A stretch of 63,953 nt of DNA, counting the filler, from an uncultured Methanosarcinales archaeon (GTDB lineage Archaea > Nanobdellota > Nanobdellia > Woesearchaeales > JAGLXL01), in assembly GCA_964472345.1 (NCBI GenBank). It is 4 parts of 4 records of this genome, joined end to end, with 100 filler letters (N's around TTAATTAATTAA, not from the genome) between each part and the next. Parts side by side here need not be neighbours in the genome. Positions count along the whole stretch, not along the records: positions 52,517 to 63,953 come from CAYYLB010000043.1; 3 more parts are not named here. One strand, 5' to 3'. Under the pieces are notes generated by a model, which made no database searches, had not been told where the DNA came from, and worked only from the letters and a program-made list of their open reading frames with translations. Positions 55,129-63,953 of this stretch are shown piece after piece. A program made the translations under genes and the position numbers. Within the stretch, counting starts at the first letter, position 1. Each line of letters starts with the position of its first letter.

Positions 55129-56567
55129 ATACTCCTCATTGGCAACATCTGATAACCAGAAGGTTAGCAGTCCAGGTTGCAATTGCATGGAATTATGGAT
55201 TAGGTATTCTCTTTAATAAAAGATATCGAACAGGGATATACAACACGTTAGTTTATTACGATGGCAAAAAGACAGATTATTTTGTTGATGGAGATGAGCT
55301 TAAAAAACACAATGAAGATCTCGATCGGTTATTGGATAATCCTGAATGTGTGGCAGGACTTATTCCTGAAGCTAAAGAGTTTGTTGAAGAAACGTATGAA
55401 TTTATTAAAGAATTGATAACTGATGTGCATATATTATCTAATAAGGAGTTATCTGCATTATTTTCTCAGTTTTCACACCACCACATGAATTACTATACTC
55501 GAATGTGGATGGTTTTCAGAATCTGTGAGAGAATCATCTTAAAGGTTGAATCAATGCTAAAAGAAAATATTGAAGATGAAAATGAGGTAAAAGAACTCTC
55601 AAGAGTGTTCTCGATTCCGTTGAAACCAAATGACGTTACGAATGAAAGAATGGATTTATTGAGAATTGCTCAAAGAAGGAGTGAATTAGGTGATGATGAA
55701 ATGAAAACTCTTCTGCATAAACACACTCAAAAATATAGACATATCCCTATGTTTGATTTTGACCATGAGCCATACACTTTCGAGCATTTTGCAAGTGAGC
55801 TTGGCTCGGCAGAGAAACCTCACGAAGAGTTGGAAAAGATCGAATCATCCTTCAAAGAAAGAAAAAAAGAATCTGAGGCTCTGCTCAAGAAACTAAATCC
55901 AAAGGCAGAGTTAACAAATTTAATCATTATGTTGAAGAAAGCAGTTTTCTTAAGAGATTATAGGGATATGATTAGACAAAAACTGAACCTTGTCGTAATG
56001 GAATTTTATCAGGAAATTGGCTCAAGAATTGGATTAAATGTTAAAGAAGTTGCTTTACTTACAAACGAGGAAATTGAAAAATATTTGCTTGACCCCTTAC
56101 AATGTGATAAAGATGAGATTGAAAGACGAAAAAAGTCTTTTTTACTTGTTCAGTTAAATGACAAGATTGAAATATATTCTGGGGAAGAATCTTACAAGAA
56201 AGCTAAGGAATTAAATTTGTATAATGTTGCTGAGGATGTTAATTTAATCAAAGGGAGATCAGCTTCTCCAGGAAAAAAACGAGGAATTGCCAAAATAGTC
56301 TATACAAATCTTGATTTTGGTAAGTTAAATGATGGGGACATCTTAATTGCTGCCATGACTAGACAAGATTTTGTTCCAGTAATGAGGCGAGTATCTGCGA
56401 TTGTTACTAATGAAGGAGGTGTTACGTCACACGCAGCGATCATTGCACGAGAGTTAGGACTGCCATGTATTGTAGGTACGGAGGTCGCCACCGAAGTTCT
56501 GAAGGACGGAGATTTAATTGAAGTTGATGCGACAAATGGAGTAGTGAGAAAGCTGAAGCAGAATTAA
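55125..56567 (+). CDS. PEP-utilising enzyme mobile (phospho-His swivel) domain protein
   Basis: GRSASPG, GDILIA.MT, GGVTSHAAIIARELG.PC; no nucleotide-binding domain recognised. Confidence 0.85.
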   Translation: MNTPHWQHLITRRLAVQVAIAWNYGLGILFNKRYRTGIYNTLVYYDGKKTDYFVDGDELKKHNEDLDRLLDNPECVAGLIPEAKEFVEETYEFIKELITDVHILSNKELSALFSQFSHHHMNYYTRMWMVFRICERIILKVESMLKENIEDENEVKELSRVFSIPLKPNDVTNERMDLLRIAQRRSELGDDEMKTLLHKHTQKYRHIPMFDFDHEPYTFEHFASELGSAEKPHEELEKIESSFKERKKESEALLKKLNPKAELTNLIIMLKKAVFLRDYRDMIRQKLNLVVMEFYQEIGSRIGLNVKEVALLTNEEIEKYLLDPLQCDKDEIERRKKSFLLVQLNDKIEIYSGEESYKKAKELNLYNVAEDVNLIKGRSASPGKKRGIAKIVYTNLDFGKLNDGDILIAAMTRQDFVPVMRRVSAIVTNEGGVTSHAAIIARELGLPCIVGTEVATEVLKDGDLIEVDATNGVVRKLKQN

Positions 56568-56797
56568 TTTTTTATCCCCGCCGGTTTTTTTTCGTTTAGC
56601 CCCCTGACTTCTGAGATTTTACTTCCAGATTTCCCCGATTCGGTTAGTTAAAGAAGAGGGTGCTTATTACCCTATCTATCGTTGCCCTCTTCAGCGGACA
56701 TAAGCTGTACTGCTTCGCAGATGACGGCGCCGACAGCAGCTTTTCTGCCAAGCCTGTCGGGCAAACCTTTTTATAGTCTCCGAGCCTCCGGCCACCC

Positions 56798-57589
56798 ATG
56801 GCTGAGCCGTGGCATGCGATTCCTGAAGGGAAGACGGTCCCGAAACTCCATATGCCGGTGCTGCTCGAAGGCCTGCCGGGCATCGGGAACGTCGGCAAGA
56901 TTGCGATTGACTTCCTTATTGAAGAACTAAAGGCGAAGAAGCTCTATGCATTGTTTTCGCATACGCTGCCGCATTCGGTGTTCGTGAATGAGAACAATCT
57001 CGTTGAGCTTCCGAGCATTGAGGTCTATTACAAGCAGTTCAGCGACCGGAAGAAGCCTGACCTGCTGATCCTTACGGGGGATGTGCAGCCGACGGAGGAG
57101 GTGAGCAGCTACGCGTTCTGCGAGAAAGTGCTTGAGCTCGCGAAGGGATTCGGGGTGAATGAAGTGATCACCACGGGAGGCATCGGCCTGCGCGAGGTGC
57201 CGGAGGAGCCGCGGATCTTCATCACGGGGAACAGCAAGACGCTCATTGAGCGGTATGCAAAGAAGCATGCGGTTGAGACGAGCATCCACGGCGTTGTGGG
57301 GCCGATTGTCGGCGTCTCGGGGCTGCTGCTCGGGCTTGCCGGCCGGTACGGGATGGAAGGCGTTGCGCTGCTGGCAGAAACGTTCGGGCATCCTATGTAT
57401 CTCGGCGTGAAGGGTGCGAGGGAAATCCTGCGCGTGCTGAACGGGCAGTGGGGGCTGAAGCTTGACCTGGTGAAGCTGACGAAAGAGATCGAGCAGCTCG
57501 AGAAGGAAACCATCAAGCGGACCAAGGAGCTCACGGCCATGCAGCGGGCGATGAAGGGCAACAGCGGCGAAACGACCTACATTGGGTAA
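56798..57589 (+). CDS. PAC2 family proteasome assembly chaperone
   Basis: EGLPGIGNVGKIA, GDVQP, C-terminal YIG. Confidence 0.9.
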   Translation: MAEPWHAIPEGKTVPKLHMPVLLEGLPGIGNVGKIAIDFLIEELKAKKLYALFSHTLPHSVFVNENNLVELPSIEVYYKQFSDRKKPDLLILTGDVQPTEEVSSYAFCEKVLELAKGFGVNEVITTGGIGLREVPEEPRIFITGNSKTLIERYAKKHAVETSIHGVVGPIVGVSGLLLGLAGRYGMEGVALLAETFGHPMYLGVKGAREILRVLNGQWGLKLDLVKLTKEIEQLEKETIKRTKELTAMQRAMKGNSGETTYIG

Positions 57590-57590
57590 G

Positions 57591-58199
57591 ATGTACGCGG
57601 CACTTGTTCTTGCGGCAATCTGCATCGCGGCGTTCGTGCTGCAGCTTGCGGTGCCCGGCTTTTCTGGGATGTTCACGCTGGTTTCTGCAGACGTCGCTGC
57701 GCGGCCGTGGACGCTGCTCAGCGCGGTCTTCCTGCACGGCGATGTCGTGCACCTGCTGTACAACCTGTTTGCGCTGGCGCTGTTCGGCATGATCCTTGAG
57801 CAGGCTGTCGGCAGGAGGCGTTTCCTGCTGATCTTCTTCGGCGGCGGGGTGCTTGCGAGCATCGGCGCGGCGGTGCTGTACCCTGCTGCGCTGGGTGCGA
57901 GCGGCGCAATCTTCGGCATCCTTGGAGCGCTTGCTATCTTGCGGCCGCGGATGCAGGTGTGGGTGAGCTTTTTTCCCATGCCGATGATCATGGCTGCGGC
58001 GGTCTGGGCGATAGGCGATTTCGTCGGGCTGTTCTTACCCACCAACGTCGCGAACCTGGCGCATCTGGTTGGGCTGGCGTTCGGGATCGGAGCCGGTTTT
58101 TACCTAAGGAAGAAGTTTGGCGAGCATCAGCAGAGAGAGTTCGGTGGAGGGCTTGACGAGGACACCATCAACCGGTGGGAAGAGAAGTGGATGAGGTGA
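57591..58199 (+). CDS. Rhomboid family intramembrane protease
   Basis: HLLYN, GASG, AHLVG. Confidence 0.92.
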   Translation: MYAALVLAAICIAAFVLQLAVPGFSGMFTLVSADVAARPWTLLSAVFLHGDVVHLLYNLFALALFGMILEQAVGRRRFLLIFFGGGVLASIGAAVLYPAALGASGAIFGILGALAILRPRMQVWVSFFPMPMIMAAAVWAIGDFVGLFLPTNVANLAHLVGLAFGIGAGFYLRKKFGEHQQREFGGGLDEDTINRWEEKWMR

Positions 58200-58248
58200 G
58201 CCGTTTTCTGCCGATAAGTATTTAAAGAATGTTTCGCTCGCCAGTGTT

Positions 58249-58443
58249 ATGGAAGAAGACGTTCACCAGCTTTTCAAGGAGATCCGGACCATCAGGGATG
58301 AGGTTATTTACATCCGAAGGCACATGCCGGACAGGGAGATGTTTCTCACTGCAGAGGAAAAGCGGCTGCTTGAGGAAAGCTTTGTGAATGAGCGGCGGAC
58401 GATGCTTACCGGTGCAGCGCTCAGGAAGAAGCTCCGCTTATGA
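58249..58443 (+). CDS. Putative antitoxin of RelE
   Basis: 64 aa, ATGA overlap with RelE. Confidence 0.7.
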   Translation: MEEDVHQLFKEIRTIRDEVIYIRRHMPDREMFLTAEEKRLLEESFVNERRTMLTGAALRKKLRL

Positions 58444-58790
58444 GCTATCAGATCTATTATGACCGACAGCCACAGAAATTCCTCGCGAAAGCCGAAAAGA
58501 ATATCGCGCAACGACTGGTTGATAAGATTGAAGGTACCCTCTCAAGTGATCCTGTTCCACATGATGCGAAGCCCATTGTCGGTGAGCATGGCGTTTTCCG
58601 CCTCCGTATCGGCGATTATAGCGAATCTCGTTAATAACCAAACATTTGCGAGATTCGCTAGAATAGCAAATTGCAAGTAAAAAGTTTGTAAATTTTTGCA
58701 ATTTGCTATTACCGCGCTTTGTACCGGATTGATTATGGACAGAGAAAGATTTTTGTTTTCCTGATTGATAAGAGGTCGCGGGTGTATTGA
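58440..58790 (+). pseudogene. RelE/ParE toxin interrupted by 90-bp element
   Basis: FRLRIGDY|RALYRIDY...KRSRVY is restored (85 aa) when 93 nt are removed. Confidence 0.85.
58619..58708. mobile_element. 90-bp double-hairpin MITE-like element, TTA target duplication
   Basis: 42-bp + GAA + 45-bp palindromes; TTA at 58616-58618 and 58709-58711. Confidence 0.85.
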
Positions 58791-59058
58791 ACCGCTTGGG
58801 AGGGCCGCTGGAGTTTCGCGCAGAGTGTTGCTCCGATCAGCTCGCCTTCTCGCACCGAGCGGCATTCACGCTTGTAGGGCGCGAGGGCTTCAGCGATATG
58901 GTCTTGTGTCAGGTGCATTTTTTGTTCGGCGATTGTGCAAGTATACTAAAAGACATTAATTCTTTGACAGATGAATGTTGTTTATAAAAGTTATCTACTT
59001 CTTAGTGGATATCACACCAACAACAACCTTAATAAAAGCAGTTACAATCATCCTGTTT

Positions 59059-60303
59059 ATGCCTGCCATCAAAGCAGTCCACGCCCGTGAAATCCTTGAC
59101 AGCAGGGGCAACCCGACGGTTGAGGTTGACGTGCTCGTGGACGACTTCATCGCGCGTGCGAGCGTGCCGAGCGGTGCGAGCAAGGGGAAGCATGAGGCAG
59201 TCGAGCTGCGGGATGCGAGGCGGAAGAGGTACCTCGGCATGGGCGTCCGGGGGGCGGTGCGGAACGTGCAGCGCTTCATCGCTCCGGCGCTGCGCGGCAA
59301 GGACTGCACGAAGCAGTGGGAGATTGACGAAGCGCTGATCCACGCGGACGGGACGGCGAACAAGCGCGACCTTGGGGCGAACGCGCTGCTCGGGGTGAGC
59401 ATGGCAGCCTGCAGGGCGGGAGCGCACGCAAGCGGCATGCCGCTGTTTGCGCACGTGCGGAAGCTCGCGGGGACGAGGCGCCTTGCGCTGCCGAAGCTGT
59501 TCTTTAATATCATCAACGGCGGGAAGCATGCAGGCACTGCGCTTGCCATCCAGGAATGTATGATCGTTCCGCAGGTAAAGAGCACATCGGAGAGCATCCG
59601 CATCGCGAGCGAAACCTATCACACTCTGAAGCAGGCGATTGTGCGGAAGTACGGGCGCTTTGCCGCGAATGTCGGTGACGAAGGCGGCTTCGCTCCACCC
59701 ATCAGGCGCGTTGAGGACGCACTCGACCTGATCGAGGCTGCGGTGCAGCGGCTTGGCTATGGGCGGAAAGTGAGGCTTGCGCTTGACTGCGCCGCGAGCA
59801 CCTTTTACCAGCAGGGGCTTTACCACCTTGCAGCCGGGCAGAGCCTGCGGGCGAGCGAGCTGCTTGATTATTACCTGATGCTTGCGCGGGCATACCCTAT
59901 CATCGCGCTCGAAGACCCGTTCCATGAGGAAGACTTTGATCATTTCGCGGAGCTGGCACGGAAGCTGCGGGGGAAGGCGCTCGTGGTCGCTGATGACCTG
60001 ACGGCGACGAATCCGCAGCGGATCCTACTTGCAGCGCGGAAGCACGCCGCAAGCTGCCTGCTGCTCAAGCCGAACCAGATCGGGACCGTGAGCGAGGCGA
60101 TGGAAGCGGCGCGGCTCGCAAGAAAGCACGGCTGGCGGGTGATGGTTTCGCATCGCAGCGGCGAGACGACGGATGATTTCATCGCGGACTTCGCGGTCGG
60201 GATCGGCGCGGACTTTTTGAAAGCAGGAGCGCCGGCGCGCGGCGAGCGGGTGGCGAAGTACAACCAGCTGCTCAGGATTGGAGAAGTAGTGGGAAGCGGG
60301 TAA
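59059..60303 (+). CDS. eno: Enolase
   Basis: EILDSRGNPTVE, GDEGGF, LLKPNQIG, SHRSGET. Confidence 0.97.
   Translation: MPAIKAVHAREILDSRGNPTVEVDVLVDDFIARASVPSGASKGKHEAVELRDARRKRYLGMGVRGAVRNVQRFIAPALRGKDCTKQWEIDEALIHADGTANKRDLGANALLGVSMAACRAGAHASGMPLFAHVRKLAGTRRLALPKLFFNIINGGKHAGTALAIQECMIVPQVKSTSESIRIASETYHTLKQAIVRKYGRFAANVGDEGGFAPPIRRVEDALDLIEAAVQRLGYGRKVRLALDCAASTFYQQGLYHLAAGQSLRASELLDYYLMLARAYPIIALEDPFHEEDFDHFAELARKLRGKALVVADDLTATNPQRILLAARKHAASCLLLKPNQIGTVSEAMEAARLARKHGWRVMVSHRSGETTDDFIADFAVGIGADFLKAGAPARGERVAKYNQLLRIGEVVGSG
60226..60278 (+). repeat. 53-bp direct repeat copy 1 (enolase 3' end)
   Basis: 52/53 identical to 61770-61822. Confidence 0.93.
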
Positions 60304-60472
60304 ATGGGAATTTCTGTTTTTTCCGTGCCTGGTGTGCCTCAGTGACCCGCCAGTCCCGCTTTGGGGCGCTCGTGAACACATCGAGAAGAAAAGCTTAAAT
60401 ATAACTTATGTCTACTAAACATAGCATTTTATAATATAGTATGTAAATCATAATAATCAAGATATAAGAAAT

Positions 60473-61870
60473 ATGAACATTGAGAGGAGAATGGCGCTCG
60501 ACCTTCAAAAATACAACTTCCACTGGAGGGAAGGGTTTGCGTACGGATTCCCGCAGAAGCGTGAGCTTTATCACCTGATCGTGCCGCGGATGAAAGAGCG
60601 GCAAATCATCTCCATCATCGGGCTGCGGAGAACCGGCAAAACGACGCTCCTGAAGCAGCTCATCGACCGGCTTATCGCTGATGGCGTCAGGCGTGAGCAC
60701 GTCCTTTTTTACTCATTTGATGAGGAGCAGCCGAGCCTCCGGGAGGTTCTCCAGGAGTACGAAGCGCGGATGGGAAAAGAGCTCATTGCCATGCGGGAGT
60801 GCGTCTACGTGTTCCTCGACGAGGTGCAGAAGCTGCAGGGCTGGCAGAACCAGGCCAAATATTTTTATGACCATGTCCCCTCCGTGAAGTTCGTCATCAG
60901 CGGGTCCTCTTCCCTTTTCATCCGGCAGCAGTCCCAGGAATCGCTGGCGGGAAGGATCTATGAGCTCCGGCTCCATCCGCTCTCATTTCGGGAGTTCCTC
61001 CTGTTCAGCGGGAAGGGCGAGCTGCAGGAGAAGAAAGGCCTCTTTGCCGAAGCGCTCGCCAGCGAGTTCCTTTCCTACCTCCGCAGGCAATTCATCGAGA
61101 CCATCGGGAAAAGCGATGACGACGTTGCGGCGTACGTGAAAAGCATCGTCGAGAAGGTGGTCTACCAGGACATCCCCCAGCTCTTCCCCATTGAGTACGA
61201 AGGGCTGCTGCTCCGCATCCTGGCGATTGTCGCTTCGCATCCCGGGATGCTTTCGGACTATCAGGGGCTTGCGCGGGAACTTGGTATCAACCGGGCCACC
61301 CTTTCGAACTATTTTTTCTACCTCGAGGAGTCATTCCTGCTCAGGAAACTGTATAACTTCTCCAAGAACCGGCTGACATCGGAGAAAAAGATGAAAAAAA
61401 TCTATCTGGCAACGCCGTCGTTTTTCGCGGCGCTCAACAGGAATGTCGCAGAAAGCGAGGCGGTGGAAAACCTGATCGTCACCCAGCTTGAAGGGATGTT
61501 CTTCTGGAGGGATCCCCAAAAACACGAAGTGGATCTTGTGATCGAGCGTGATGGAGGCATCCTCCCTGTTGAGGTGAAGTGGAAAGAGGCAGTGGACAGG
61601 AAAGATATCAAAGGGCTGGTCAGATTCTGCGGGGTGTTTGGCTGCAGTACGGGCATTGTCATCACCAAAGGGCTGGCAAAGGAAGAATCCATCACCGCCC
61701 ATGGGCGCAGCATCGCCATCCGCTACGTACCTGCATGGCAGTACCTGCTTGAACCGAGTGACGATGAACGGAGCGCCGGCGCGCGGCGAGCGGGTGGCGA
61801 AGTACAACCCGCTGCTCAGGATCGAGGAGATGCTAGTGGGAAAACATTAAAAAATTCCCAAAAAGCTTAA
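60473..61870 (+). CDS. AAA+ ATPase (AAA_14 + DUF4143 type)
   Basis: GLRRTGKT, FLDEVQ, SGSS, SLAGR, EVD..PVEVK; start could be 60491. Confidence 0.9.
   Translation: MNIERRMALDLQKYNFHWREGFAYGFPQKRELYHLIVPRMKERQIISIIGLRRTGKTTLLKQLIDRLIADGVRREHVLFYSFDEEQPSLREVLQEYEARMGKELIAMRECVYVFLDEVQKLQGWQNQAKYFYDHVPSVKFVISGSSSLFIRQQSQESLAGRIYELRLHPLSFREFLLFSGKGELQEKKGLFAEALASEFLSYLRRQFIETIGKSDDDVAAYVKSIVEKVVYQDIPQLFPIEYEGLLLRILAIVASHPGMLSDYQGLARELGINRATLSNYFFYLEESFLLRKLYNFSKNRLTSEKKMKKIYLATPSFFAALNRNVAESEAVENLIVTQLEGMFFWRDPQKHEVDLVIERDGGILPVEVKWKEAVDRKDIKGLVRFCGVFGCSTGIVITKGLAKEESITAHGRSIAIRYVPAWQYLLEPSDDERSAGARRAGGEVQPAAQDRGDASGKTLKNSQKA
61770..61822 (+). repeat. 53-bp direct repeat copy 2 (displaced enolase 3' end)
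   Basis: Encodes GAPARGERVAKYNPLLRI, continuing EEMLVGKH*. Confidence 0.93.
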
Positions 61871-61896
61871 ATATCACCCACATCCTCCTTTCCCCC

Positions 61897-62136
61897 ATGG
61901 AAACAGACATTGTGGTGTGCGACGATCGTGGGCGGCTGCTGCTCCCCAAGGAGGTGCGTGAGGGGTATGGGAGATCGTTCCACGTTGTACGCACGGCGGG
62001 TGAGGTTGTTCTGGTGCCGGCTTCAGAGGATCCCGTGCGAGAGCTCGCCGAGCTTGGGAAGAAAGCGCGGCTGGGGGATTTCTCGCTTGGCGCGATCCGG
62101 AAAGCGCTACGCACGCAGGCGGAGAAGGAGCTTTGA
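61897..62136 (+). CDS. AbrB/MazE-type antitoxin
   Basis: DDRGRLLLPKEVR. Confidence 0.87.
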   Translation: METDIVVCDDRGRLLLPKEVREGYGRSFHVVRTAGEVVLVPASEDPVRELAELGKKARLGDFSLGAIRKALRTQAEKEL

Positions 62137-62510
62137 TGTATGCGGATACTGACTTCTTCCTCGCGCTGCTGAAAGAGAGTGACTGGCTGCGGGATCGCGC
62201 ACTCCATCTTGAGCGAAAGTATCACGGAAGGATCAGGACCTCGGTGGCAACGCTGATTGAGCTGCTCCTGCTCGCCAAGAGGTTTTCCATCGATCCGGAG
62301 CGGCTGGTGGCAGGGGCGTTCGCAATCGCGCTGCCGGTGGGGATCAGCCACGAAACTGCGCTCCTTGCTGCCCACTACATCAAAGACAAGGGCTTCCATG
62401 TTTTTGATGCGCTGCATGCTGCGTATTGCGATGGAGATGAAATCATCAGCTCTGATCATGTCTTTGACTCCATCGGCATCAAACGCATTGCGCTGGAGAA
62501 GCGAGCGTGA
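62136..62510 (+). CDS. vapC: VapC-type PIN toxin
   Basis: YADTD, FDALHAA, ISSD. Confidence 0.87.
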   Translation: MYADTDFFLALLKESDWLRDRALHLERKYHGRIRTSVATLIELLLLAKRFSIDPERLVAGAFAIALPVGISHETALLAAHYIKDKGFHVFDALHAAYCDGDEIISSDHVFDSIGIKRIALEKRA

Positions 62511-63385
62511 TGCACATGATTATCATCAGCTGCTCGAACTCACCGAAGCTTGCGGCGCGGATCGCGCGGAAGCTGCGCTGCCCGTTCGCGAAGCTTGAAA
62601 AGAGGCGCTTTCCTGATGGTGAGGCTTATGTGCGATTTCCCGTTACGCTCAAAGGGAAAGAGGCCGTTCTGGTGCAGAGCTTCCAGCCGGAGCCGCAGGA
62701 GGCACTGGTGGAGGCAGTGTGGGCGGCTGCGACCGCACGGGAGCTTGGCGCGAAGCGCGTGACGCTGGCCGCGCCGTACCTCGGCTACATGCGGCAGGAT
62801 GCGCGCTTCCGTCCGGGAGAGGCGGTTTCCGCCCTCATAGCGGCAAGGCTTCTTGGCGGCGCAGTCGATCGCGTGGTGACCATCGACCCGCACGCGCACC
62901 GCATCCCTGAGCTGCAGGCGATTTTCGGATGCCGGTTCACGCGGCTGACGGCGAACAATGCGCTTGCAGACTTCATCGGGAGCAGGATGCGCTGCGATGT
63001 GGTGATGGGGCCGGACGCCGAGAGCTACCAGTGGGCTGAGGCGATCGCTGCGCGTCTGGGCGTGCCGGCGGTCGTTTTGCGGAAGAAGCGCTACAGCTCG
63101 CGGCATGTCCGCGTGCGCTTTGCGGAGCGCGCGGAGCTGCGGGGCAAGGCGGTCGTGATCACGGATGACATCATCAGCACCGGGCACACCATGGTAGAGG
63201 CGGTGAAAGCAGCGAAGAGGCAGGGCGCAGCGCAGGTTTCGTGCGTCGCGGTGCACGGGGTATTTGCTGAAAACGCGATGCAGAAATTGCGGAAGGCGGG
63301 CGCGAAGCATGTGCTCACCACGAACACCATTGAAAACCGGCAGGCGAGGATCGATGTCGCTGCACTCGTCGCAGGGGCGTTATGA
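62510..63385 (+). CDS. prs: Ribose-phosphate pyrophosphokinase
   Basis: FPDGE, PYLGYMRQD, DDIISTGHT. Confidence 0.95.
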   Translation: MHMIIISCSNSPKLAARIARKLRCPFAKLEKRRFPDGEAYVRFPVTLKGKEAVLVQSFQPEPQEALVEAVWAAATARELGAKRVTLAAPYLGYMRQDARFRPGEAVSALIAARLLGGAVDRVVTIDPHAHRIPELQAIFGCRFTRLTANNALADFIGSRMRCDVVMGPDAESYQWAEAIAARLGVPAVVLRKKRYSSRHVRVRFAERAELRGKAVVITDDIISTGHTMVEAVKAAKRQGAAQVSCVAVHGVFAENAMQKLRKAGAKHVLTTNTIENRQARIDVAALVAGAL

Positions 63386-63951
63386 AGCTCCGCATCTATC
63401 TCTTCCGCCACGGGCAGACATTCTTCAACCGTGACCGGCGGTTCACCGGGTGGAAGGACTCGAAGCTGACGCCGCAAGGTGTCAATGATGCGAAGCGGAT
63501 CGCGCGGCTGCTGAGGAAGAAGCGGATTGACGTCGCGTACCAGACGCGGCTTTCACGGTCGAAGCAAACGTTGCGCGAGGTGCTGAGGCATCATCCCAAG
63601 TGCCATCAGATCATTACTGACGACCGGATGATCGAGCGGAGCTACGGGAAGCTCTCGGGGAAGTATCACCAGGGCGTCATTGCGCGTTTCGGAAAGAAAA
63701 AGTTCGACCGCTGGCATCGCAGCTACGATACGCCGCCGCCCGGTGGAGAGAGCATCAGGCAGGTCGAGAAGCGCGTGCGGGCGTTCATCAATGGTTTGCT
63801 GAAGAAGATGCGCCGGGAGAAGGTGAACGTGGCCATCTCCGCGCACGGCAACAGCATGCGGCCGTTTCGGAGGCATTTTGAGAAGCTAACAATCAAGGGG
63901 ATGATGGAGCTGGAGAATCCGTTTGATAGGTATTTTGAGTATGTGGTTGAG
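63382..63951 (+). CDS. Histidine phosphatase / cofactor-dependent phosphoglycerate mutase (runs off window end)
   Basis: Read by hand: FRHGQT..RFTGW.D, ERSYG, PPGGES, AHGNSMR. Confidence 0.88.
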   Translation, partial: MKLRIYLFRHGQTFFNRDRRFTGWKDSKLTPQGVNDAKRIARLLRKKRIDVAYQTRLSRSKQTLREVLRHHPKCHQIITDDRMIERSYGKLSGKYHQGVIARFGKKKFDRWHRSYDTPPPGGESIRQVEKRVRAFINGLLKKMRREKVNVAISAHGNSMRPFRRHFEKLTIKGMMELENPFDRYFEYVVE

Positions 63952-63953
63952 GC

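Noticed and set aside
58616..58711. RelE insertion as a BHB mRNA intron
   Set aside because: Junctions do not form a 4-bp helix with two 3-nt bulges; the TSD and an intergenic homologue favour a DNA element
58733..58918. 61-aa minus-strand ORF, vaguely like a thioesterase N-terminus
   Set aside because: Overlaps the RelE tail and is too short to assign; at best a gene remnant
1..63953. CRISPR array, rRNA, integrase or transposase
   Set aside because: No regularly spaced repeat-spacer array, rRNA-like stretch or recombinase ORF seen

Overview
Archaeal genome fragment, most consistent with a DPANN/Woesearchaeota-like MAG. It is GC-rich with several AT-rich inserts. Four contigs are joined by three artificial 100-nt N-linkers containing TTAATTAATTAA (18092-18191, 35730-35829, 52417-52516), so adjacency across them is not evidence. 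Core genes include prefoldin beta, Pcc1, Rpo12, eL43/L37ae, aRF1, a histone, aIF5A, eL40, YchF, Pth2, Map, HisRS, Bud32, eS19, eL39, eL31, PolX, PAC2, enolase, Prs and Gpm. There is also a tRNA-Pro(UGG) with two non-canonical BHB introns and a glycogen cluster. Bacterial-type Lgt and a GGDEF cyclase are present. About ten toxin-antitoxin or defence-like modules sit between the core genes. The most striking signal is non-coding. (i) At least four single cargo modules are bracketed by direct repeats, three of which copy the end or start of the neighbouring host gene, and no integrase is visible. (ii) A family of mosaic, covarying palindromic MITE-like elements is present, one of which carries a Fic gene inside it between 7-bp GATTAAA repeats. 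(iii) A 90-bp double-hairpin element with TNA target duplication occurs twice, and one copy knocks out a RelE toxin. A 19-aa basic micro-gene and a structured ~200-nt leader are also visible. All family assignments are from motif recognition by eye, with no database search.
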